From a virus (lineage: Duplodnaviria > Caudoviricetes): a DNA stretch of 43,680 nucleotides. The stretch lies in the IMG/VR virus record IMGVR_UViG_3300044806_000291, positions 1 to 43,680 of that record; one strand, written 5' to 3'. Positions 34,976 to 43,518 of the stretch are shown here, piece by piece; position 1 is the first letter of the stretch, and every line of letters starts with the position of its first letter. The position numbers were made by a program, and so were the translations under genes. The notes beneath the pieces were generated by a model. That model had not been told where the DNA came from, searched no databases, and worked only from the letters and a program-made list of their open reading frames with translations.

Positions 34976-35062
34976 TGGGGGTCGGGGCGGGATTCGAACC
35001 CGCATACCCTGCTCATAGTTGTGTCCGGCACTCAGTGCTTGTCCAGTTAAGCTACCCGACCC
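34976..35062 (-). tRNA. tRNA-like gene (His-like G-1:C73, encoded CCA) with aberrant 27-nt anticodon arm
   Basis: GGTCGGG/CCCGACC acceptor, TA-GCTT/AAGC D arm, GCGGG-TTCGAAT-CCCGC T arm, CCA end. Confidence 0.7.
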
Positions 35063-35075
35063 ATGTTCCTGTTGA

Positions 35076-36797
35076 TTATTGCACGCGTGATCGCACGCTG
35101 GCAACTAGTGGATCGATTCGCGCCGTCGCCTGACACTGATCGATCAGTTCGCTCAGCACGCCCGCGCTCATGAGTTCGTCGCGCTGGATTCCGTACCTGG
35201 CCGCAAGACTCCATTGCTTCTCGCTCGGCTGACGTGCGCGCCACGCGCCCTTGCGCGTATTGAACGCGTCGCCCGCCAACTCCTCGCCGTGCGACAGCGC
35301 CTCATCGAGCGTCAGCCCGACGTGCTCCGTGCCGCGCGCCCACGCTTCACGCACCCCGCACTGCACGATGTCGAACCTGCCCTGGCTGGCGGCCAGGGAC
35401 TCGACGACGAACACGAACGCGTCAGCCTTGCTGGCCACGCTCGCCTTCACGTAGTACGTTCCGCCGGAGGTCTGACCCCACACCTTCTCGCGCCCGAGAG
35501 GATCGAATGCCTTCGTCGCCACAGGGCCGGCGTACTCGTCCGACTCGAACTCGAACGACGCACCCGCGCGCTTCTCCGCCAACTCCTCCTCGATCGCCAG
35601 GGCGAACTCATCGAGATCGGCCAGACTGGCGCCCGGGTTGAGTTCGTAGGCGTCCGACAGTGGACGCTCGGGGGACAGATCGATGAACAGGCTCAGGTCG
35701 TTGTCTGCGCTGGCGCCGGTCACGTCGATCAGCAGGGCCTTGCGCGTCAGGGTGCGCGTGTCGATCGGACGCCCCTGCTCGTCCTCGGGAGGGCGCAGTG
35801 CGCGGCCGGCCATCTGCGTATAGAGCGTCCTGCTCTTCGTGTTCCTGCCCATCAGGATCACGTCGACTGACGGATCGTCGTAGCCGACTGTGAGCGCCAT
35901 CGCGTTGTGCACGCAGAGGATGCGCCCCTCGCGATGATCGGCCAGCACCCGCGCGCGCTCCCGCTTGTCCTGAGCGCCGTACACCACGCCCGACGGGATG
36001 CCCATGTCGTCGAACACCTGAGCGGCATGCTCGGCGGTGGCGACCAACGGCCAGAAGGCCAAGCCCTTCCGCCCCTCGCTCAGCCGTTCGTATTCCTTCG
36101 CGATCGTCTCGATGGCGAACGAGCGTTCCAACTCCTCGCCCAAGCTGGCCGCATCCCAGTCCCCGCCACGCGTGGCGACGTTCGACATGTCGAAATCGGG
36201 GACGACGATGCGCTCGCCGCGGACGTCCATCAGGAACCCGTTCCTGATGCCGAACATGATGTCCTTGCTGTAGCTGCACTCCTCCCAGATCGAGCTGAGT
36301 TTCTGCTTGTCGGAACGTGACAGTGTGGCTGTCAGTCCGAGGACTTTGACTGGCGAGAATTCATCGAACGCATTGAAGTGCTCTAGAATCTTGCCGTATG
36401 AATTCGTGCGCACTGAAAAGTGACATTCGTCAATGATGATCAGTCCGACATTGCGTAACTGATTCAAGCGTCGCTGATTCGCCAGCGTCTGGCGTGAGCC
36501 GATGACGATCTCAGCCGTGGGCTGATTGCGCGCACCCATCATCACGCCGACGCGTCGCCCAGTCCTGCGCATGTGCTTGGCCATCTGATCGATCAGCTCG
36601 ACAGTGTGCGCGATCGACAGAACGCGCTTCCCTGGATTCGCTTCAAGCCATTCATCAACGAGGACGGATGCGATGACAGATTTCCCGAGACCGGTAGCGC
36701 ACACGACAGGAACGCGCGTGGCTCCTTCATTCCAGCGCCTGAACGTGTCATTGATCGCCCCTCGCTGATAATCGCGAGGGACGGGCAGATTCCTCAC
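35076..36797 (-). CDS. SF2 DEAH-type helicase
   Basis: RDYQ, ATGLGKS, IIDECH, GLTAT, TVGYD, QMAGRALR. Confidence 0.92.
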   Translation of the reverse strand: MRNLPVPRDYQRGAINDTFRRWNEGATRVPVVCATGLGKSVIASVLVDEWLEANPGKRVLSIAHTVELIDQMAKHMRRTGRRVGVMMGARNQPTAEIVIGSRQTLANQRRLNQLRNVGLIIIDECHFSVRTNSYGKILEHFNAFDEFSPVKVLGLTATLSRSDKQKLSSIWEECSYSKDIMFGIRNGFLMDVRGERIVVPDFDMSNVATRGGDWDAASLGEELERSFAIETIAKEYERLSEGRKGLAFWPLVATAEHAAQVFDDMGIPSGVVYGAQDKRERARVLADHREGRILCVHNAMALTVGYDDPSVDVILMGRNTKSRTLYTQMAGRALRPPEDEQGRPIDTRTLTRKALLIDVTGASADNDLSLFIDLSPERPLSDAYELNPGASLADLDEFALAIEEELAEKRAGASFEFESDEYAGPVATKAFDPLGREKVWGQTSGGTYYVKASVASKADAFVFVVESLAASQGRFDIVQCGVREAWARGTEHVGLTLDEALSHGEELAGDAFNTRKGAWRARQPSEKQWSLAARYGIQRDELMSAGVLSELIDQCQATARIDPLVASVRSRVQ

Positions 36798-37072
36798 GCC
36801 CAGAACCTCAGGTGCGCACCCGTGCAGTCGACGCTCTCGACATGCCCGTTCGCGTCGATGTTGATCGTCACGTCCCCGCCGTTGTGCTCGATCGACTCAA
36901 CGGCCATGTGCACGTTGTTCATGTCGACGCCGGCGAGGTTCTCGTGAAGCTTCCCGACGATCTCGACGAGGGCGGTGATGCGATCCTCGCCTTTCAGCTT
37001 GCGATCCGCGAGCACGTCGCGGAAATCTTGCGCGATCAGCTTGGCCAACACTTCGTAGTCGTCCGCGCTCAC
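36794..37072 (-). CDS. Hypothetical protein
   Basis: GAGGGGCG SD; overlaps the helicase start. Confidence 0.65.
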   Translation of the reverse strand: MSADDYEVLAKLIAQDFRDVLADRKLKGEDRITALVEIVGKLHENLAGVDMNNVHMAVESIEHNGGDVTINIDANGHVESVDCTGAHLRFWA

Positions 37073-37088
37073 TCGATCCGCCCCTCAT

Positions 37089-37145
37089 CGTCACTTGATT
37101 CTTGCCCTTCTGATTCTACACGATGGACGAGCGAAGCGCGAGGGG
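37089..37145 (-). repeat. 57-bp direct repeat copy A (promoter TCGCGC-17-TAGAAT)
   Basis: 54/57 identical to 37527-37583. Confidence 0.9.
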
Positions 37146-37163
37146 CGGGAAGGTTGCGCAGAT

Positions 37164-37511
37164 TCATGCGCGCAACCCCTTGCCGTAGGTCTTGGCGACA
37201 GCGACGGCGAAGCGTTCGACCTTCTCGCGATGCCAGTCGTGACAGAACAGGCGCGTCGATGAGCGTCCTGCGGTGGCCTGGCCGAGGCATCCGTCGGCAG
37301 CGCCCTTGAGGTTCTTGCCGTGCCCGTAGTCGAGCGGGCAGGGGACTCGATCCGAGTCATCGCCGCACGGGCAGGCTGGCAGGATGGCGCGATAGGTGCC
37401 GCACGTGGCGACCACCTCGAACGAGGGGAGCCCGCGCTCCGTCCGCGCATCGTCGTTGACGATGATGTACGTCCCGAATTTCGCCGTCCTGATCTCAGCG
37501 ATGATGCTCAT
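37164..37511 (-). CDS. Hypothetical Cys-rich protein between the direct repeats
   Basis: AAGGGGCG SD; CPCG...CP...H...C...C. Confidence 0.65.
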   Translation of the reverse strand: MSIIAEIRTAKFGTYIIVNDDARTERGLPSFEVVATCGTYRAILPACPCGDDSDRVPCPLDYGHGKNLKGAADGCLGQATAGRSSTRLFCHDWHREKVERFAVAVAKTYGKGLRA

Positions 37512-37526
37512 GACTTCGCCCCTTGC

Positions 37527-37583
37527 CGTCACTTGATTCTTGCTGTTCTGATTCTACACGATGAACGAGCGAAGCGCGAGGGG
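37527..37583 (-). repeat. 57-bp direct repeat copy B
   Basis: 54/57 identical to 37089-37145. Confidence 0.9.
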
Positions 37584-37602
37584 TGATCCCCTCGCGCTTC
37601 GC
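37569..37602 (-). terminator. Hairpin, probable terminator
   Basis: GCGAAGCGCGAGGGG-TGAT-CCCCTCGCGCTTCGC, a 15-bp inverted repeat. Confidence 0.7.
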
Positions 37603-37617
37603 TGCCGTGCGTGGTGC

Positions 37618-37773
37618 TCAGTCTCTGCGCCCCTTTCTGCTGCTGTCGTTGGTGCTCTTCTTGACGTCGGACTGCGTGACGACGCGCGTCACGCCGTGTC
37701 GATCGCTGGCGAGCTTCGAGCCACTCACCTTCGCGCAGTCCGAGGTCTGTACGTGGTCTGGGAAGTCGATCAT
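37618..37773 (-). CDS. Small hypothetical protein
   Basis: ATGA overlap with the repeat-protein stop. Confidence 0.45.
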   Translation of the reverse strand: MIDFPDHVQTSDCAKVSGSKLASDRHGVTRVVTQSDVKKSTNDSSRKGRRD

Positions 37774-38507
37774 TTGCCTGCTTCTCTCGTGTGACTGGCG
37801 GGGCGGATGTCGAACAGTTCCCCCGCCAGGGGCAGGGCGTCGTCCCACGCGCCGCGCCATTCGTTCCGTGTGGCCAGGGTGATCAGGTCGGTGAACGTGG
37901 CGCCGGCAGCGAGTGCGTCGAGGACATCTCGCGCCTCTTCCTCGCGAGACGCGAGGAAGTTCGCGACGATCCACGAGACGAGAGGATGCGCGTCGCGCGC
38001 CTTGTCGTACTCCGCCCACACCGCGTCGAGCACCTTGTCGCGCTCCGCCCACACCGCGTCGAGCGCCTTGTCGTACTCCGCCCACACCGCGTCGAGCGCC
38101 TTGTCGTACTCCGCCCGCGCCGCGTCGCGCACCTTGTCGTACTCCACCCACACCGCGTCGAGCACCTTGTCGCGCTCCGCCCACACCGCGCCGCGCACCT
38201 TGACGTACTCCACCCACACCGCGTCGAGCGCCTTGTCGTACTCCGCCCACGCCGCGCCGCGCACCTTGGCGTACTCCGCCCGCACCGCGTCGAGCGCCTT
38301 GTCGCACTCCGCCAGCGCCGCGTCGCGCACCTTGGCGTACTCCGCCCGCACCGCGTCGAGCGCCTTGTCGCACTCCGCCAGCGCCGCGTCGCGCACCTTG
38401 GCGTACTCCGCCAGCGCCGCGTCGCGCACCTTGTCGTACTCCGCCAAGAACGACGCGAGTGCGGTGCGCTCATTCTCGCTGAGCGGAAGAGTGATGATCG
38501 TTTTCAT
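37770..38507 (-). CDS. 11-residue tandem repeat protein
   Basis: 14 copies of an AEYDKALDAVW-like unit; SD and own promoter. Confidence 0.8.
   Translation of the reverse strand: MKTIITLPLSENERTALASFLAEYDKVRDAALAEYAKVRDAALAECDKALDAVRAEYAKVRDAALAECDKALDAVRAEYAKVRGAAWAEYDKALDAVWVEYVKVRGAVWAERDKVLDAVWVEYDKVRDAARAEYDKALDAVWAEYDKALDAVWAERDKVLDAVWAEYDKARDAHPLVSWIVANFLASREEEARDVLDALAAGATFTDLITLATRNEWRGAWDDALPLAGELFDIRPASHTREAGK
37983..38444 (-). repeat. 33-bp tandem repeat array (14 units)
   Basis: Visible periodicity in both DNA and protein. Confidence 0.9.
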
Positions 38508-38547
38508 TGTTCGCCCCTCACTTGCTCACTTGATTAGTGATGCTCTG

Positions 38548-38576
38548 ATTCTACGCTTGGTTGTGTTGCTGGTCAA
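38548..38576 (-). promoter_or_regulatory. Sigma-70-type promoter
   Basis: TTGACC-17-TAGAAT(CAG). Confidence 0.7.
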
Positions 38577-39048
38577 GCCTGTTGCGCCATCCGCCGAGAA
38601 GTTCGATGGCACGGACTTCGGACGGCGTCAACTCGATCTCCACAGGGGCGTCGGGCTTCATGTCGCGCGTGCTGGCCGGCGAATCGCCGATGGGATGCGG
38701 CTGCATGGTCACGCGGCGCGTCGCATAGCTCCCGGCGTACCTGCCAGGGTTGTACTGGATATCGCGCTGCTGGTAGGCGTCGAGGGGCTGAATGTCGTCG
38801 ACCCCCCACGCCACCACCGGGCCGATCAACAGAACGAGGGCTACGGCCAGAGGCACGCCCGGGGGGCGCACAGTGTCCCCGGCACGTACGTCCACCCATG
38901 TCCGCTCGAACCACTCGGGCTGTTCGACGACGTCGCGCGCGGCTAGAAGGGTGTCGACGGCGCGGGTCAGTGGATCGTTCGCGAACGTCTGGCCGAGAGC
39001 GTTGCGCCACCCGATCGCAGCAGCGATGACCTCCTCTTCCGGGGTCAC
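38551..39048 (-). CDS. Hypothetical protein
   Basis: Overlap-coupled ORF. Confidence 0.65.
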   Translation of the reverse strand: MTPEEEVIAAAIGWRNALGQTFANDPLTRAVDTLLAARDVVEQPEWFERTWVDVRAGDTVRPPGVPLAVALVLLIGPVVAWGVDDIQPLDAYQQRDIQYNPGRYAGSYATRRVTMQPHPIGDSPASTRDMKPDAPVEIELTPSEVRAIELLGGWRNRLDQQHNQA

Positions 39049-39296
39049 TGGAGCAGGCCCTTCCTGTGTCCGTGGTGCACGGCGTTGGCTCGGTTGCGCG
39101 CGTCGAGCTTGCTGAGGATGTCCCGTACGTGACGCTTGACTGTCGAGTCCGACACAAACAGGAACTTGCTGATGGCGACGTCCGTCAGGCCGGCGGCGAT
39201 CAGGACGAGAACCTCGATCTGGCGCGGGGTGAGTTCATCCTTGCCCCTGTGACGGTATGTGCGCTGATCACGCTCGTCCCTCACGTGAAACTCCAT
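39045..39296 (-). CDS. LuxR-family HTH transcriptional regulator
   Basis: LTPRQIEVLVLIAAGLTDVAISKFLFVSDSTVKRHVRDILSKLDARNR. Confidence 0.92.
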   Translation of the reverse strand: MEFHVRDERDQRTYRHRGKDELTPRQIEVLVLIAAGLTDVAISKFLFVSDSTVKRHVRDILSKLDARNRANAVHHGHRKGLLQ

Positions 39297-39631
39297 TCCT
39301 TCGCTTCTCGATCTCTCTGGGGGGTGCGCAGGCGTTGCAGGATCAGGCGCACACCCTGAGGGAAGACCCGCTCGTCGCCGAGGGAGTCGATCAGGACGAA
39401 TGCCGCGTCGTATCCCGGGTGGTCAGGGGGTGGCCAGCCGGGGGTGTACGCGCGGGCGATGAGCAGTTCTCGTTCACTCGCTGGCCGGCGACCTACGATC
39501 GGTGCCGTCCAGGAGACGGGGACCTTGGAGCGCCAGGGGTGGAGCGGGATGCGAACCTGCCACCCCTTGCCCAGTTTCAGGCGCTCCGCCCTAGCACCCC
39601 CGCAGATCCACATCTGACGCTGTGGGCGCAT
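39281..39631 (-). CDS. Hypothetical protein
   Basis: ORF fills the gap in the operon. Confidence 0.45.
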   Translation of the reverse strand: MRPQRQMWICGGARAERLKLGKGWQVRIPLHPWRSKVPVSWTAPIVGRRPASERELLIARAYTPGWPPPDHPGYDAAFVLIDSLGDERVFPQGVRLILQRLRTPQRDREAKEWSFT

Positions 39632-39639
39632 GTGCTCGA

Positions 39640-40098
39640 TCAGTCGTGCGAGTAGTAGTCGACGGTGATACCGGACGCGCGGACGATCACCTCAGCGTGA
39701 TCGCCGAACGCTTCCAGCAGCACGTACTCGAACGCGCCACCATCGATCGCTTCGGACAGTGCCTGAACCCGACGGAAGCGCTCCCCGGCCCTGCCGAGAG
39801 ACGGGTGATCGGAGTAGATGTGGATCTCGTAGTCGTACAGTTTGTCGACGTCGTCGGGTTCAGGATCGGCGGTGGTCAGGAACCATGGGGTCTGCACACC
39901 GAACGTGCACGGCTCCCCGTCGCTGTAGTACGGGGTGTACTGCGTCCAGCCGAACGCCTTTATCGTCGGGTCGTCGAGGACGGCGCGGATGAGGGGTTCG
40001 AGGTCGGACAACGGACGCTGCGCGGTGCGCTTGTCGCCCCTGGTGATGTCGCCCTTGACCTCGATGCCGAGGAAGTTGGTGTGCTGCTTCTCGCTCAC
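39640..40098 (-). CDS. Hypothetical protein (WTQYTPYY.DGEPC.F motif)
   Basis: GTGA overlap with the upstream gene; ends FGDHAEV...YYSHD. Confidence 0.7.
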   Translation of the reverse strand: MSEKQHTNFLGIEVKGDITRGDKRTAQRPLSDLEPLIRAVLDDPTIKAFGWTQYTPYYSDGEPCTFGVQTPWFLTTADPEPDDVDKLYDYEIHIYSDHPSLGRAGERFRRVQALSEAIDGGAFEYVLLEAFGDHAEVIVRASGITVDYYSHD

Positions 40099-40475
40099 TG
40101 AGCCTGCTCTTTCAGAAGGTGGGACAGGGGGAGTTCCTTGCGCTGAGCGCCTGACATCCACGGTTCGATCGGGGCGCCTTTCAGATAGTCGGCCGGCGAC
40201 GGCAACCACCCGAGGTCCTCGATCACGTGCCGTTCGGCGATCAGCCGAACGGGGATGTCGACGGCGCCGTGGCCGTTCTTCTTGGGGACGGTGATCGTCC
40301 GTCCGAACACGCGCTGACACAGCCAGACACCCGTGGTGTGGTGGTAGATCGCGCGGTGGCGGACGTCCCCGAGGACCTCTTTCGACGAGTCGATGAACTC
40401 CTCGATCTCGATGTAGTGCTCGGGCTCGCCACCCCATTTGTGTGCGGCACTGACCGCGTGATGCCAACTGTTCAT
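40095..40475 (-). CDS. DUF6915-like protein
   Basis: HA.S....GG...Y......DSSK....D.RHR...HH..G...C...FG...VR.IAE.HV.ED pattern, recognised from memory. Confidence 0.7.
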   Translation of the reverse strand: MNSWHHAVSAAHKWGGEPEHYIEIEEFIDSSKEVLGDVRHRAIYHHTTGVWLCQRVFGRTITVPKKNGHGAVDIPVRLIAERHVIEDLGWLPSPADYLKGAPIEPWMSGAQRKELPLSHLLKEQAQ

Positions 40476-40577
40476 GCTCGCCCCTCGCTGTTACGTTGAT
40501 CATGTCGTGAGTCTCCGAGTCTCTTCCGACAGCGTGACGACGTGTTCAGCCTCTGCCTGCCCGGTGACTCGCTCATC

Positions 40578-40606
40578 AATCTACGCGCACAAACCTCTGT
40601 GCGCAA
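40578..40606 (-). promoter_or_regulatory. Leftward promoter in the divergent control region
   Basis: TTGCGC-17-TAGATT, overlapped by a GCGCACA/TGTGCGC inverted repeat. Confidence 0.65.
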
Positions 40607-40804
40607 GTCGGGGTGAGGGATTCTCGTGAAGAATCTTGAAGCGAGTTTCGGGGGAGAAAGAAAGCACCCCCGTCGGGAGTGGGAGGGGCGAACCTCTCAA
40701 CCGGCGGGGGTGCTCGAATCAAGGTAGCACGAATGTGTGACGTCCGGCCAGAGCGCGCGACACTGCCACGATCAAGAACGTGCAGCCTATGATAGGTTCA
40801 CCCG

Positions 40805-40987
40805 ATGACCAACGAAGATCGAAAGCAGGGGTGGCAGGCCCGCGCTGCCGCCGTCCGGCGCGCCGAAGAGCGTAAAGCAGCGCTGCTCGAAGAGCGCGGA
40901 TGGGTGTGCATCCCCCCGGAGAAGGCGATCGGGGCCCCCGTGAACCACGAGAACCCCGGTCACGCAGCAACCCGCCCGAGTCACTGA
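40805..40987 (+). CDS. Hypothetical protein
   Basis: Short ORF upstream of the primase gene. Confidence 0.5.
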   Translation: MTNEDRKQGWQARAAAVRRAEERKAALLEERGWVCIPPEKAIGAPVNHENPGHAATRPSH

Positions 40988-41011
40988 CCAACCGGCGCAA
41001 AGGTAGCACAA

Positions 41012-43207
41012 ATGAACATGGAATCGCCGTCGCCCCTGCTGGCGGCTGCACTGCGATACGCCAAAGCCGGCGTGTACGTCTTCCCCGTCCGCCTGTACGT
41101 GCGCGGCAACGGGAAGAAGGGTGTCGCCCCGATCGACGATTGGGACGCGAACAGCTCGTGTGACGCCGGCCAGATCAAGGGCTGGTGGGGCGAGAGGTCC
41201 GCGTGCCGAGACTGGGCGATCGGCATCGACTGCGGGCGTTCGGGAATCGTCGGCATCGATCAGGACGTCATCGACGGCAAGAGCGGGATCATCGAATGGG
41301 ACATGCTCGCACCAACCCCCACATGGCGCGTGAAGACACCCACGGGGGGCGCACACGACTACTATCGCGCCGATCCAGAACATCCCGTCACCGTCGATAA
41401 CGTCGGCACCGTGGCCGATGGCGTCGACATCCGAGGGCAAGGCGGGTTCCTGTTCGCGCCCCCGTCGATCGACCCACGGGGCGGATCGTGGGAATGGGTG
41501 GCCGGCGAACCCGACTGGGAGAAGCTGCCCATCGTTCCCCCGATCGTCGCCGAACGGATGGCCGGACGTGAGGCGAAGCGCCGGAGCAAGAGCACGAGTG
41601 CTCCCGCGCCCCCCCACGAGCCGATCAACGCCACGCTGAGCGGACAGAGTTCGTTGTTCGCACAACCGTCCGAGATCCACGACTTCGGGCCGGACGGTGG
41701 CTACAAGACGCGCGAAGAGGCATACGCGCTGCTGAGCCGGGAACATCAGGCGTTCGTCGCGCTCACGTCGGAGGGATCGGCCAGAAGCCACCGCCTGTCT
41801 CAGCGCTTCGGGGCACTGGCCGGTCACGGCGTCGATGTGTTCTGGACGTACGAATGGGCGCTCGACACGCTCATGGGCGCGTGCCGGGAGAACGGGTTCT
41901 CTGACGCCAACGGGGAGGGGTACGCGCGCGGCCAGGCTGAACGCGGGCTGGAATACGGCATGCGTGAGCGATGGGTGGCCATCGAGACCTCGGCGCCGGC
42001 CGGGATCGATCAAGCTGAGGCCGCTACGCCGGCGGACGCCGTGACCGCGCTCATCGGCGAGATGCTGACGCTCGACGAACTGGAGAACGCTCCGCCCCCG
42101 AAGTTCCTGATCCACGGGTTCCTTCAGTTCGACAGCGAGTCATGGCTGATCGGGGCGCCCGGCTCCAAGAAGTCATTCGTGGCGTACGACATGGCGGCCA
42201 GGGTGGTGCGCGGTGAGCCGTGGCAGGGGAGACGGACCAATCCGGCGGACGTCGTGTTCATCGTGGCTGAGGGGGCGTCCGGGCACGGCAAGCGGGTCAA
42301 GGCGTGGCGCCAGCGATACGGACGGGCGGAGAGCGAGGGGCGCCGCGCGGTCTACACGCTGCCGCGGCCAGTGCAGTCGAAAGACTTCGCACAGTGGGCG
42401 GTGCTGGTCGGGGCGTGCCGCCGGATAGCGGGATGGGCCGCTGAGGCCGGCAGGGGGCTGCTGGTAGTCATCGACACTCAAGCGCGAGTCACGGTCGGGC
42501 TGAAAGAGAACGACAACGGGGAGATGAACCTCTACGTCGAGGCCGTGAGCGCCATCAGGAGGGCCACGGGGGCATGCGTGCTCACCATCCACCACACCGC
42601 CAAGAACGGCGGCAACGCCCGCGGCGCATCCGTCATCGACGGCGCGCAGACCACCGAACTCAAGGTGGAGTCAGAGAAGGGGAAGCTCGTCGCCAAGCTG
42701 TCCACGGAGAAACAGAAGGACGTCGACGAGATGCCACCCCTCGATCTCGCGTTCGACGTCGTCGTCGTCGGCCAGGATCAGGACGGAGAGGCGCTGACTT
42801 CGCTCGTGCTGGCCGACAGGGACAGCGTCGCGTTCAAGGCGGCATGGGCATCCTCGGAGGTGGACGGAGAGTCCGAGGTGGCTACGGCGGTCACGCCGTA
42901 CGCCGTGCGTACGTCACTCGATCCATGGATCGCGTCCAGGGGGCGCCCCGACGCGGTCGTTCAGCACTGGGTGGTGCAGGCGCTGGTGGATACAGCGGAG
43001 ACGCTGGGGCTCACCCAGGCGGAGGTTCGGGCCATCGTCCAGGAGAAGCGGGGAGTGGTCGACAGCTCTACGTTCCGTAAGGCCTGGCAGAAAGTGACCG
43101 AAGACGGGGGGGTCTGGTCGGACGTGATCTCGGCCAGTAGCGGAGCGCGATGGACTGTTGACAGAGTGTCCATTCGTGCACTTCAGGGGGATGTTACCGG
43201 CCAGTAG
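41012..43207 (+). CDS. Bifunctional DNA primase/polymerase fused to RepA/AAA_25-like helicase
   Basis: G.YVFP, IGIDCG...GIDQD, TPTGGAH.YY, DIRGQGG...APPS; Walker A GAPGSKKS, VIDT, IHHTAK...ARGAS. Confidence 0.92.
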   Translation: MNMESPSPLLAAALRYAKAGVYVFPVRLYVRGNGKKGVAPIDDWDANSSCDAGQIKGWWGERSACRDWAIGIDCGRSGIVGIDQDVIDGKSGIIEWDMLAPTPTWRVKTPTGGAHDYYRADPEHPVTVDNVGTVADGVDIRGQGGFLFAPPSIDPRGGSWEWVAGEPDWEKLPIVPPIVAERMAGREAKRRSKSTSAPAPPHEPINATLSGQSSLFAQPSEIHDFGPDGGYKTREEAYALLSREHQAFVALTSEGSARSHRLSQRFGALAGHGVDVFWTYEWALDTLMGACRENGFSDANGEGYARGQAERGLEYGMRERWVAIETSAPAGIDQAEAATPADAVTALIGEMLTLDELENAPPPKFLIHGFLQFDSESWLIGAPGSKKSFVAYDMAARVVRGEPWQGRRTNPADVVFIVAEGASGHGKRVKAWRQRYGRAESEGRRAVYTLPRPVQSKDFAQWAVLVGACRRIAGWAAEAGRGLLVVIDTQARVTVGLKENDNGEMNLYVEAVSAIRRATGACVLTIHHTAKNGGNARGASVIDGAQTTELKVESEKGKLVAKLSTEKQKDVDEMPPLDLAFDVVVVGQDQDGEALTSLVLADRDSVAFKAAWASSEVDGESEVATAVTPYAVRTSLDPWIASRGRPDAVVQHWVVQALVDTAETLGLTQAEVRAIVQEKRGVVDSSTFRKAWQKVTEDGGVWSDVISASSGARWTVDRVSIRALQGDVTGQ

Positions 43208-43210
43208 AAG

Positions 43211-43451
43211 ATTGGCCACCCTGGGGGGTGGCCAATCATGGGATTGGCCACCCCATTGGCCACCCTATTTGTCCCGATTCCAAAAATCGATTGGCCACCA
43301 TTGGCCACCCCATTGGCCACCCCCGTATGCGCAGGTCAGGGGGTAAGTGGCCACCATTGGCCACCATTGGCCACCTAGTCAAGGGACTAGGGCGGTCCCA
43401 CATTGGCCACCTCCGAGGGGGTACGTAGTACCCTCGGGGGGGGTGGCCAAT
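43211..43451. repeat. Iteron-like ATTGGCCACC array, probable replication origin
   Basis: 9 exact direct copies, 1 variant and 2 inverted copies immediately after the primase gene. Confidence 0.75.
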
Positions 43452-43489
43452 CCTGGCGGTAGGTGACGAGCGACTAGAGGAATCAGGAC

Positions 43490-43518
43490 TTGCGTTAAGG
43501 AATTTGGACGCGTAGAAT
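43490..43518 (+). promoter_or_regulatory. Sigma-70-type promoter
   Basis: TTGCGT-17-TAGAAT(CAG). Confidence 0.7.

Noticed and set aside
34976-35062. attP site overlapping the tRNA-like element
   Set aside because: No tyrosine or serine integrase is recognisable in the genome
37983-38444. CRISPR array or DGR template/variable repeats
   Set aside because: Contiguous in-frame 33-bp units without unique spacers; no cas or reverse transcriptase gene seen
39278-39291. Second functional parS
   Set aside because: Only 11/14 match, and it lies inside coding sequence
43211-43451. CRISPR array or coding repeats (IGHP/WPPH ORFs)
   Set aside because: 10-bp units with irregular short spacing in both orientations; the ORFs are by-products of the repeats
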